From Verrucomicrobiota bacterium (lineage in GTDB: Bacteria > Verrucomicrobiota > Verrucomicrobiia > Limisphaerales > CANJXF01), in assembly GCA_038214755.1 (NCBI GenBank), contig JBBQRQ010000019.1, positions 1 through 59,933 of the forward strand: 59,933 nucleotides of DNA, read 5' to 3'. The notes below the pieces were generated by a model. That model was not told the origin of the DNA. It worked only from the letters and a program-made list of their open reading frames with translations, and searched no databases. Below are positions 28,191 through 36,322 of this stretch, piece by piece (the stretch's first letter is position 1; every line of letters starts with the position of its first letter). Both the position numbers and the translations under genes were made by a program.

Positions 28191-31100
28191 TTAGTTGCCT
28201 TCCAAAAGGACCGCGCCACTTTGATTTGTGCCGAGGAAAAAGCCCCTCGCATTATTCTGCTGCTGCAAGACAACTCCCTTGATCTGAGTTGGTTTCCTCG
28301 TGTCAGGATGCAAAAAGCTGCCCGTTAAAAGTCCGGTAGTCCGGCTGATAGAAACGGTCAAACGATTTGTCCCGGTAATGCCCGTTCCTATAAGCGCCTG
28401 GTTGGTAATGGGCGCACTAAGGTTTCCGCCCCGTAAAACCACCGTGCTGTTATTCAAGTTCAATACCTTTATTCCGGTTGCTGGAGGAGTATAGGTCGAA
28501 CCGATTACGGTGGTCAGGTTGGTAAAGCCCGCGTTGCCTGCTTTAATCCAACTCACGTCACCACGGAAACTGCTGCCCGGCTCAGTGGTAAAAATAATCT
28601 GACTTAAGGTAGAACCCGCCCCGTTGTAAAGCGGAAGATAGAACGGCCACTGCCCATTTTTAGAAAGACTTGCCTTCTGCTTATTAATTGAGGTTCCATC
28701 GGCGAGGGTGACACTGTAGGTAATAGCTCCCGCCGCAGTGATCGTTGCTGTTCCAAACCCATCTCCCGTGAAACTGTTGGAACCTCCACCCGGAATAACC
28801 AGCGTATATTTTCCAGCCGGAACAGAGCTTGAGCCGGCGCGGTCGCCCACGAAGGCAGCGACCCAATGTTCGCCATGAACAAGGCCAGTCACCTGACCGG
28901 ATTGAGCGGCCAAATCGAGTTGAAGTTCCAGGGTCAAAGGCGTTTTGCCCACGCGAGCTACGTTAAGGATCGCATGACCCGTGCTATTGAACATGCCCGA
29001 AAACGAATAAGCTTTGCCGGAAATCAGTTTTCCAGACATAACTCCGCCCTTTGGGGTGACAGTGAAAGTAATGAACCCGGAACTCTCATGCTTGACTCCA
29101 TAGACCGTGTCGTAGAAGAGGCCGTTGTAAATACCTTTGACCGGCTCGAAGGGGTTGGGGACAAAGTTCGCTTCCAGCACAAGGTTGCGCCGCATCGTAA
29201 AGGTCAGAGCAGGGTCGGGTGTATTGGTCCCGCCGCTCCAATTGGCAAAGACTTGTCCGCTTCCCGGAGTCGCTTTCAACTTATAGGTTGAACCTATCTT
29301 CAAGGTCTTGCCATCAAGGTTAGGGGTAACGATTCCAACCCCCTTCGCTTTAAGAATCAACGGGCTGGTTCCTCCGAGTAAACCAAAGTCCTCCACGTGA
29401 ACGATGCGTCCCGGGAATGCGGTCTCAAGTTTGTCGCCCGCATTGGAGTTGATGTAATAGATCCGCATGTTGTCATCAATGGCCAGAAGGTTGTTCAACG
29501 AGGTATTGATATTAACGTCGGTCGTTACCTGAAAATCCAGATTGACGACATAGAGTGCGTTCTCCACACCCGCGCCGGTGAAACGAAGCTTGGCGGCGTC
29601 ACTCCGCAAGTCGAGAATCAGATGTCCCACCGCCACGTTGTTCATATAACCCTCTGGACCCGCGCCCACATCTTCCCCCGCCCAGATGTGTTGCGACTCC
29701 TGGTTAGCCGATGCGATGGTGCGAATCTCCGTTTTTAACAGGTCTCCTTGAACAGGTTTCCTTTCCAGAATGATTCCATCGCTCACCGTCCAAAAGTTAC
29801 TGGAAGCAGCGTTCAAGTCCGTCAGCAAATTGGTGACGCCCAGGACCAGCCTTCCAAACTGGAGTTGACCCAAACGATCAGGTTGCCCAGCCGTAAGAGT
29901 GGAATTGGTGACAATCAATTCACCCGCGCGCAACTCAACATCCCGGTCGGTGAATATTTTCCCATTGGAAAGGTTAGCGGTGCGAGCTTGAACCATCACA
30001 GAGCCACCCTGGTTTGCGATAATGGTTCCACTGTTTTCAAACCGAGTGGATTTAAAGAGCGGTGCAACCGCCATGATGGTTCCTCGATTTGTCACCGAAT
30101 CAAAACCTTTGTCCGTATCAAAACCAAAGAAGGCGTCATTAGCTCCCTGGAAAACGGAATTGGATTCGTTCAGGAAATTCTTAACGCCGTCAAAATTTTC
30201 GCTATGCAGGTTAAGCGCATCCTCCGTCAAAGTAATGACGATGTTTGTTTTGATGGTGCCATCGACGTTTGTTCCACGAATCGATCCACCGAACGTAAGA
30301 TTTTCAGCCACGAAACGCGCGCGACGGACGATGGTGAGATCATCTTTAACCACCAGGTTGGTCGAGCGAAGAGTTAGATCGCGAATAGTAGGTTTGAAGT
30401 CGGCTTTCAGATCATGATCCAAAACCAAAACGTGAAACATGACATTGTTGGTGGCACCCCTATTTGTCTCGGTGTTATTCCAAATCGCGCTCCAGGCAAA
30501 CACATCTCCGCGCACCCGTTTGAAATGGGATGGGAACACATTGGAGATAACCAGCGAGCCATTGGTGCTGCCCAGGTCTGCGTTAATAATCCCGGCGCTA
30601 ATGTCCGCTGCCCCAACCCCTTTCAAATGCTTGGCGTTCATGCTTAACACTCCCTCGGTGCGGATGCGGGCCAGGCTTAAGTCCAGGGTTTCCGCCTTTA
30701 TGTCTATGCGACCGGCTTGATTGGTCGGGTCAGGCAGGAAGACAAAGTCATTGTTAAAAAAGCCGAAGTTAAAAAAGTTGCTGTTGAAGGCTGTCCCCGC
30801 CAATGATTCGGGATTGCGCCCTATCTTGGCGGAGTAGGCTCCGTAAAAAGCGGCTATGCCGTCCTTTTCCTGGTAAGTGTTGCCGGGGAAGAGCAGCCTT
30901 GGGTCATACTGGGTATTAGTCGGTTGAGCAAACAGCCATTCAAAGGGAGTAGCGGTGGCTATCTCGTAGCCGGAAGGACGGGCCTGAGAGTTAATACTCT
31001 GCGCATTGGTCAATAGGACGATGCTCGTCTGTTCAGCGGAACCATCGATAAAATAAACCGAATTGGTCACTGTTCGCGCCGATACAGGATCATATTCCGG

Positions 31101-32093
31101 GGTGCTGAATTCCACCAACGCGGCCTCTCCGAACCGATTACGGGTTTGAAAGATCGGAATACTCGAAGAGCCAAACCGGACCTGAGCGGTGATATTGGTA
31201 TCGGTAAAATTCGTTTTAAGAAACACCACTTGAATTTCGATATTGGTTCCGAATTGATTGACATTGGCGAAGGCCCCGAAATCCGCGGGGAAGGTTGTAG
31301 GCAAAGTTTGAATCAGGCCAAAAAATCCGCCGACTCCAAAACCAGCGGAGCGCAATTGCACGGCATGCTGAGGAGTGCGGACACCGTTGGGCGGGAAATA
31401 GCCGAAGGTCCCATTGCGCAAGTTGATGGTGAAAGGACCCGCGCCCCAATAAATATCCTCCACTCCGAACGCATTGACGTAGGAATTGCCGATGAAGAAA
31501 CCTCGATTCACATTGCCACTAAAAAAGGTATTCTGGAAAAAGTTAGTGTCACCATTGGCCGTCTGGCCCGCAGTGAGCGAACCACGGGCGATATCGACGG
31601 TCGTGCCGGTGAGTTGCATCAACCCAACGGTGCCCACCGATAACGTTCCGCGATTGACCAGATTGGTTGCGGAGATTTTCACAAAGGAAGCCGTTCCGGC
31701 TGCACCGCCGAAAAAAAACCCATTGCGCCCGACTCCGCCGAAACCCAAAAAGCTGGCCGAATTATCCACTCCTGAAATAAGGGCGCCATTACCGTTGTAG
31801 AAGCTGGAGAGCGGTCGGCGAGGAGGAGTGCTCACCGTATCTAAAATGGTATCGAGTTGAAAGCCGACGCTACCGATCATGGTGCCGCGGTTGGTGAAGT
31901 AAAGCGTGTTGTGCGTGCTGTAGGGAAATTCGTCGGTGATAATATTGGTAAAGGACCCCAGATTGAGGAAGGTGGTGGCGTCAATAGGCAATGCATTGGT
32001 AATAACCCCGGCGTTAAAAAAGAGCGGGCTGGGGGCTGCGAAAGTCAGGTTACACCAAACCAACGCCAGAGAGATTGTAAAAATACGCTTCAT
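28191..32093 (-). CDS. Large secreted hypothetical protein (about 1300 aa): Phe/Asn/Thr-rich N-terminus, beta-helix-like middle, InlB-B/Flg_new-like repeat, beta-rich C-terminal domain
   Basis: Signal peptide MKRIFTISLALVWCNLTFA; N.GTI.A-type repeats; LKATPGSGQVFANWSGG..LEANF; GIYNGLFYD..GFITFTVT. Confidence 0.8.
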   Translation of the reverse strand: MKRIFTISLALVWCNLTFAAPSPLFFNAGVITNALPIDATTFLNLGSFTNIITDEFPYSTHNTLYFTNRGTMIGSVGFQLDTILDTVSTPPRRPLSSFYNGNGALISGVDNSASFLGFGGVGRNGFFFGGAAGTASFVKISATNLVNRGTLSVGTVGLMQLTGTTVDIARGSLTAGQTANGDTNFFQNTFFSGNVNRGFFIGNSYVNAFGVEDIYWGAGPFTINLRNGTFGYFPPNGVRTPQHAVQLRSAGFGVGGFFGLIQTLPTTFPADFGAFANVNQFGTNIEIQVVFLKTNFTDTNITAQVRFGSSSIPIFQTRNRFGEAALVEFSTPEYDPVSARTVTNSVYFIDGSAEQTSIVLLTNAQSINSQARPSGYEIATATPFEWLFAQPTNTQYDPRLLFPGNTYQEKDGIAAFYGAYSAKIGRNPESLAGTAFNSNFFNFGFFNNDFVFLPDPTNQAGRIDIKAETLDLSLARIRTEGVLSMNAKHLKGVGAADISAGIINADLGSTNGSLVISNVFPSHFKRVRGDVFAWSAIWNNTETNRGATNNVMFHVLVLDHDLKADFKPTIRDLTLRSTNLVVKDDLTIVRRARFVAENLTFGGSIRGTNVDGTIKTNIVITLTEDALNLHSENFDGVKNFLNESNSVFQGANDAFFGFDTDKGFDSVTNRGTIMAVAPLFKSTRFENSGTIIANQGGSVMVQARTANLSNGKIFTDRDVELRAGELIVTNSTLTAGQPDRLGQLQFGRLVLGVTNLLTDLNAASSNFWTVSDGIILERKPVQGDLLKTEIRTIASANQESQHIWAGEDVGAGPEGYMNNVAVGHLILDLRSDAAKLRFTGAGVENALYVVNLDFQVTTDVNINTSLNNLLAIDDNMRIYYINSNAGDKLETAFPGRIVHVEDFGLLGGTSPLILKAKGVGIVTPNLDGKTLKIGSTYKLKATPGSGQVFANWSGGTNTPDPALTFTMRRNLVLEANFVPNPFEPVKGIYNGLFYDTVYGVKHESSGFITFTVTPKGGVMSGKLISGKAYSFSGMFNSTGHAILNVARVGKTPLTLELQLDLAAQSGQVTGLVHGEHWVAAFVGDRAGSSSVPAGKYTLVIPGGGSNSFTGDGFGTATITAAGAITYSVTLADGTSINKQKASLSKNGQWPFYLPLYNGAGSTLSQIIFTTEPGSSFRGDVSWIKAGNAGFTNLTTVIGSTYTPPATGIKVLNLNNSTVVLRGGNLSAPITNQALIGTGITGTNRLTVSISRTTGLLTGSFLHPDTRKPTQIKGVVLQQQNNARGFFLGTNQSGAVLLEGN

Positions 32094-32102
32094 ATACAAA
32101 TA

Positions 32103-33518
32103 TTAAAATCGTCTGCTAAGGACTTGGCTCTCCAAATCGCGGATGCTGGTTCCCTGGGGGAAAACCACAGGATCATTGGTGGACCCATCGAATGAACCCC
32201 AGCGAAATTCATTACCCACATTCAGGGCGGTATCTTCGTTCAGGAAAAATGGAGTGGCATTATAAAACTGCGGACTGGCTTTGTGAAAGGTAATGATAGT
32301 TTGCGGATCAATCGTCCCCGGCCCGACGGACGTGACGGAAGGATTAAAATTGGGCAATCCATTGGTCAGAAAGTTGAGGCCCCGGAAAGACGACCGAGGG
32401 ATGACGAGCAATCCTGCCGCCGGAAAATTCAAGTTACCCGCCGTAAATAAAATATCAGGACGGAATACGACGCGCCGCACCTTTTGGTCAACGATACTGG
32501 TTTTCCCCGACAAAGTCGATGCGAACACAGGGCTGGTGAAGGACTGAACAATGGGTCTAAACACCGTTCCAAACAACGAATTGTAACTGGTTTTTCTAAA
32601 GCTTATTTTTTCGATGCCCGCACGAAGAGCTAACGAATTTGTGATAACGCTGTTGGTCTGAAAAAAGTTAACCGGTTGCCAGGGGCCGGAGAAGGCCGAT
32701 GCTATGGAATTCGCTGGCAGGACTTCGTTGTTGAGATTGTTTTTGCGATAGATATAGCGCAATCCGCCCGCATCATCCCGGGTAATATTAAGATAATAGC
32801 CACCCAAGCGAAGCCCACGCCCAGGAAACCCGCCTTTGAAAGAGGCTACGGCGTTCAAGGGAATGCTGGTGGGGTCCACCGTCGCTTCGACCGCAAACGC
32901 CCATGCGATAACCGGACAAAAGTCCACGATGTCATAGGTATAAAGAGCTCCGTTGACATAATGGCTGTAGTTCCAACTCACCGGATCGAAATTGCGCATC
33001 ACAACCTGATAGCTAAATTGGCAAGCTATCGGGGAGGTAAACGGGACACGTTTTTGTAAATCAAAAACATGCTCTTCTCCCGACAAACCCATCTGCTCGA
33101 GAATCAGACCGAGCGTATAGGATTTGAGGTCGATCAGATTTAATGCGCCAGCCCTTTCATTGGCAAGCTGGGCATCTTGCAAGAGAAACTCTGAAAGGTT
33201 GGTGCTCATTCTCGAGACAGGGGGAAGCTTGTTTATGATGGCGAACGCCTTATCGACCGCCTTTACCCCTTCTGCCCCAAAATAATCCAGGAAAGTAGAA
33301 TCGAATCCATAGGTAATGGTTGGTGTATTGAGGCGAAACTCCTCGCCGATATCCTTTGAACCGCCAGGCTGGGCTTCTTCAAACTCAAAACCGACCTGAA
33401 AGCCGGTTTCTGGCGTTTGCCAGTCATCGAACGCTCCGAGGAGGGAAAACGCCGACGCGCCTTGTAAACCGAAGCTCAAGAACAAGAGGCACAAGATTTT
33501 ATTTAAAGATCGCAACAT
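32103..33518 (-). CDS. Secreted hypothetical protein, possibly degenerate matrixin (M10)-like fold without HExxH
   Basis: Signal peptide ASA-FSLLG; RLNTPTITYGFD..AVDKAFAII..IDLKSYTLGLILEQMGLS..ITRDDAGGLRYIY. Confidence 0.75.
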   Translation of the reverse strand: MLRSLNKILCLLFLSFGLQGASAFSLLGAFDDWQTPETGFQVGFEFEEAQPGGSKDIGEEFRLNTPTITYGFDSTFLDYFGAEGVKAVDKAFAIINKLPPVSRMSTNLSEFLLQDAQLANERAGALNLIDLKSYTLGLILEQMGLSGEEHVFDLQKRVPFTSPIACQFSYQVVMRNFDPVSWNYSHYVNGALYTYDIVDFCPVIAWAFAVEATVDPTSIPLNAVASFKGGFPGRGLRLGGYYLNITRDDAGGLRYIYRKNNLNNEVLPANSIASAFSGPWQPVNFFQTNSVITNSLALRAGIEKISFRKTSYNSLFGTVFRPIVQSFTSPVFASTLSGKTSIVDQKVRRVVFRPDILFTAGNLNFPAAGLLVIPRSSFRGLNFLTNGLPNFNPSVTSVGPGTIDPQTIITFHKASPQFYNATPFFLNEDTALNVGNEFRWGSFDGSTNDPVVFPQGTSIRDLESQVLSRRF

Positions 33519-33536
33519 ATGAAAAAATTTACTGTA

Positions 33537-34805
33537 TCAAGGAATTATGGTAACTGGAGTGAGAGTGTACTTCCGACCGAATAGGTCAAAGCCTGTCACC
33601 GCCATGAAACTGGACCAACTTACGAGAAACTGACCCGCGCCATTTGCACCAATGGCAGGATAGATCTGCCGACTGACCACCGTATTGTTCGCGCGAAACT
33701 CAGATCCCGACGGCTCGGTGCCCCCTTGCAAGAGCCGGCCAAAAACACCCTCCCACGATCCGTCCTGGCCCAGACTTGTCCAAACGACGACACAATCATT
33801 TCCTATGGTCGCGATTCTTGGGCGATATTGGTCGCCGTAAGTATTGGTGTTGATTTTGAAATCCGCGCCCGCCGCAACTCCGTCCGCCGAAAAGGAACGT
33901 CCCACGATCTCCCAACTGTTCGAGCGGTTTTGCGAATCCTTTTCGCTCCATGCCACAGTGAATCCGCCATTGGACAGAGGCGCCATGGAAGGATTGGCGC
34001 AAATGTTATTGCCTGAGTTGACCAGTATTTCGTCCGAGAACGCATTCGCGCTTGCATCGAATAAACGAGCATAAACGTCCACGCTCCCCACCGATGCAGT
34101 TGAACTCATGAAACGTTCTTGTTCAGAAATCCAGGTGATGACGACGTTTCCATTTTTCAAAGTCGCGATGGCAGGTGTCCGTTGGTTGAAAGCCACCGCT
34201 TGATTGACTTGGAACTCCATGGGCGCCATCGAACCCGTCGCGGAAATTTTTCGCGCGTAGATTCCCATCATGCTTCCATCCTGCCCGTAACTCTGCCATG
34301 CGACCAGCGCGCCTCCGTCTGGCAACGCCGCTACCACTGGCTCGCTCTGCTGATCTTTGATATAGGAATTGATGCGAACATCCGAGGTGAGAAACGTTCC
34401 ATCGCTCTTTAAAATTCGAACATAAATATCCGCAGTCCCCAGACCATTTCCTTGCCAGACAAAAATGGCGTCGCCGTTGGCGAGCAACTGGACTTGAGGT
34501 TTCCTTTGGTCACCTTTAGCGATTTTGTTGACGGTGAAACTGGAAAGTTTTGTAAAAGCGGAATTGAGACGCACACACCCAATCCCCGAACCTACTTTGT
34601 CCACGGCGTTGTCCTCCCAAACGAGATAGCCGCCGTTTTGATTCAGAGCGATGCTGGAATGCCCTTGATCGCCCACGAGCGCGCCGGTGATCGCGTATTC
34701 ATTGCCTTGAGGCATCGCTACATTTTGTGCGGAAACAAAAAGCGGAAACGCCAGAAAAATGGCAGGCAAGACCAACCGCTCGCGAACAGATAACAAAAAT
34801 GGCAT
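33537..34805 (-). CDS. Secreted beta-propeller repeat protein
   Basis: About 7 repeats of EF.VN....DQ..P.(V/I)A.L..G..(L/V)V.W.S..QDGS..G(I/V)(Y/F)AR; signal peptide ending VSA-Q; start at ATG 34805. Confidence 0.82.
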   Translation of the reverse strand: MPFLLSVRERLVLPAIFLAFPLFVSAQNVAMPQGNEYAITGALVGDQGHSSIALNQNGGYLVWEDNAVDKVGSGIGCVRLNSAFTKLSSFTVNKIAKGDQRKPQVQLLANGDAIFVWQGNGLGTADIYVRILKSDGTFLTSDVRINSYIKDQQSEPVVAALPDGGALVAWQSYGQDGSMMGIYARKISATGSMAPMEFQVNQAVAFNQRTPAIATLKNGNVVITWISEQERFMSSTASVGSVDVYARLFDASANAFSDEILVNSGNNICANPSMAPLSNGGFTVAWSEKDSQNRSNSWEIVGRSFSADGVAAGADFKINTNTYGDQYRPRIATIGNDCVVVWTSLGQDGSWEGVFGRLLQGGTEPSGSEFRANNTVVSRQIYPAIGANGAGQFLVSWSSFMAVTGFDLFGRKYTLTPVTIIP

Positions 34806-34915
34806 AATGATTTCACAACTTGTAATAGACGGACAATTCTTTGTCCAATCTTTCTTCTTAATTCGCCTTAGTTTTTTTGGAAAAAAATCCGTTCTCATAA
34901 AAAAATTTCTCAGTC

Positions 34916-35053
34916 CTTCCGAAATAAATTTCCGGAAAGGAACGCCGATTTCCTAATCGACACGACGCCCAGGACCCTTCGACAACGAGCCGAACCGGAG
35001 TTCGGCGTTCCGTTCGCAGGACGCTTTCCAGAAATTTATTTTGGCAACCAGTC
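34916..35053. mobile_element. Family B hairpin with AT-rich inverted flanks (MITE-like)
   Basis: CCGAAATAAATTTCCGGAAAG ... CTTTCCAGAAATTTATTTTGG around core 34939-35011. Confidence 0.7.
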
Positions 35054-35059
35054 GGCCAC

Positions 35060-35202
35060 AGCGGGCGAAGCCGCAACCACACCGGAGCGCCGGTTTGCCA
35101 CCGGCTTTGAGTCAATGCGCCGAGCCCAAGCCGGTTTCACACCGGCGCTCCGTCGCGGGAAAAATTTCGTCGGAAATGCGTGGTTCTTCGACATAGTAGT
35201 AC
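35060..35202. mobile_element. Family C element, copy 2, carrying GGAGCGCCGG palindrome (35083-35152)
   Basis: AGCGGGCGAAGCCGCAACC left end; AATTTCGTCGGAAATGCG...AGTAGTAC right end, matching 4492-4680. Confidence 0.65.
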
Positions 35203-35214
35203 AATATTTTCTCC

Positions 35215-36129
35215 TCAACCGAATAAATCCGTTTGTTTGACCTGCGCTTTTTCCAATTCGTGGAGCAACGTTTTAAATCCCCAACCCGTGAACAGTTCGC
35301 GCAAGGTGTCCACCTTCGCTGGTTTGATGGCGAAGTCTTCCAGTTTGAAATCGCACGGCAAATCGTCGCGCAAACAAATCAACTTTTGGTTGCGCTTCAC
35401 CACTTCGCTCGCCGCCTGAAGGCTCGCGCGCAATCGCTCCGATTTTATTTCGTCAAGCCGCCGATAAATTTCCTCCAATGATCCGAATTGTCGCAGCAGA
35501 TCGGTCGCGGTTTTTGGACCGACCCCCGCCACTCCCGCAATGTTGTCCACGCTATCTCCAATCAAGCTCAACCAATCGACGATCTGCGCCGGTTCAACCC
35601 CCGTCTTCTCGCGCACCTGTGCATCGCTCCAAAGTGTTTCGGATTTATCGTTGATGTTGAGAAGCGAAACCTGGGAAGAGACCAATTGCATGAAATCTTT
35701 GTCGGAACTGGCGATGACCACCGGCACATCAAGTGCCGCGATTTTTTTTGTCGCGGTCGCAATGAAGTCGTCCGCTTCCACTCCCCCTTCGCACCACGAG
35801 GTAACGCTGGCGGCGCGCAGATAGGAAAGGATTTCGTCGAGTTGTTGTTCGAGCGAAGAAGGCATCTCCGCGCGTTGGGCTTTATATTCGGGCAGCAAAG
35901 CCATTCGCTCTTCGGCCAAACCTCCATCCCACACAATCATCAAATGGCTGGGCTGAAGTTGCGCTTGCATCTTCGCCAGCATTTTTATGAAACCATAAAT
36001 GGCGTTGGTCGCTTGGCCGCTGGGTGAATTGAGTTGCCGAATGGCGTAGAACGCCCGGTAGGCGTAGGCGTGACCATCGACGATTAAAAAACGTTTTGGA
36101 GGTGCCTCGGCCCCGGCATTGGGCGTCAT
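35215..36129 (-). CDS. Stand-alone 5'-3' exonuclease / flap endonuclease (PolA N-terminal domain homolog)
   Basis: IVDGHAYAYRAFYA, TNAIYGF, YKAQR, EADDFIAT, SSDKDFMQL, LIGDSVDNIAGVAGVGPKTA; no polymerase domain; ends QTDLFG. Confidence 0.93.
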   Translation of the reverse strand: MTPNAGAEAPPKRFLIVDGHAYAYRAFYAIRQLNSPSGQATNAIYGFIKMLAKMQAQLQPSHLMIVWDGGLAEERMALLPEYKAQRAEMPSSLEQQLDEILSYLRAASVTSWCEGGVEADDFIATATKKIAALDVPVVIASSDKDFMQLVSSQVSLLNINDKSETLWSDAQVREKTGVEPAQIVDWLSLIGDSVDNIAGVAGVGPKTATDLLRQFGSLEEIYRRLDEIKSERLRASLQAASEVVKRNQKLICLRDDLPCDFKLEDFAIKPAKVDTLRELFTGWGFKTLLHELEKAQVKQTDLFG

Positions 36130-36144
36130 CGGCGTGAGCAAGTA

Positions 36145-36289
36145 TATCGGTTGCTAAAATAAATTTCCGAAAGGGAGCGCCGATTTCCGAATCGGCACGA
36201 CGCCGAACACTCGCCGGTCACGAGCCGAACCGGAGTTCGGCGTTCCGTCCGCAGGCCACCGTTGCAAAAACTTATTTTGGCGACCAGTC
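36145..36289. mobile_element. Family B hairpin with inverted flanks (MITE-like), bounded by TA on both sides
   Basis: TA-TATCGGTTGCTAAAATAAATTT ... AACTTATTTTGGCGACCAGTC-TA; core 36174-36246. Confidence 0.7.
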
Positions 36290-36322
36290 TAATTTCGGCG
36301 ATTGGCTTTGGTGAAATCCGAT

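Noticed and set aside
11953..34805. Diversity-generating retroelement, prophage or contractile system explaining the giant genes
   Set aside because: No reverse transcriptase, no TR/VR pair with A-specific mismatches seen, no phage structural or integrase motifs
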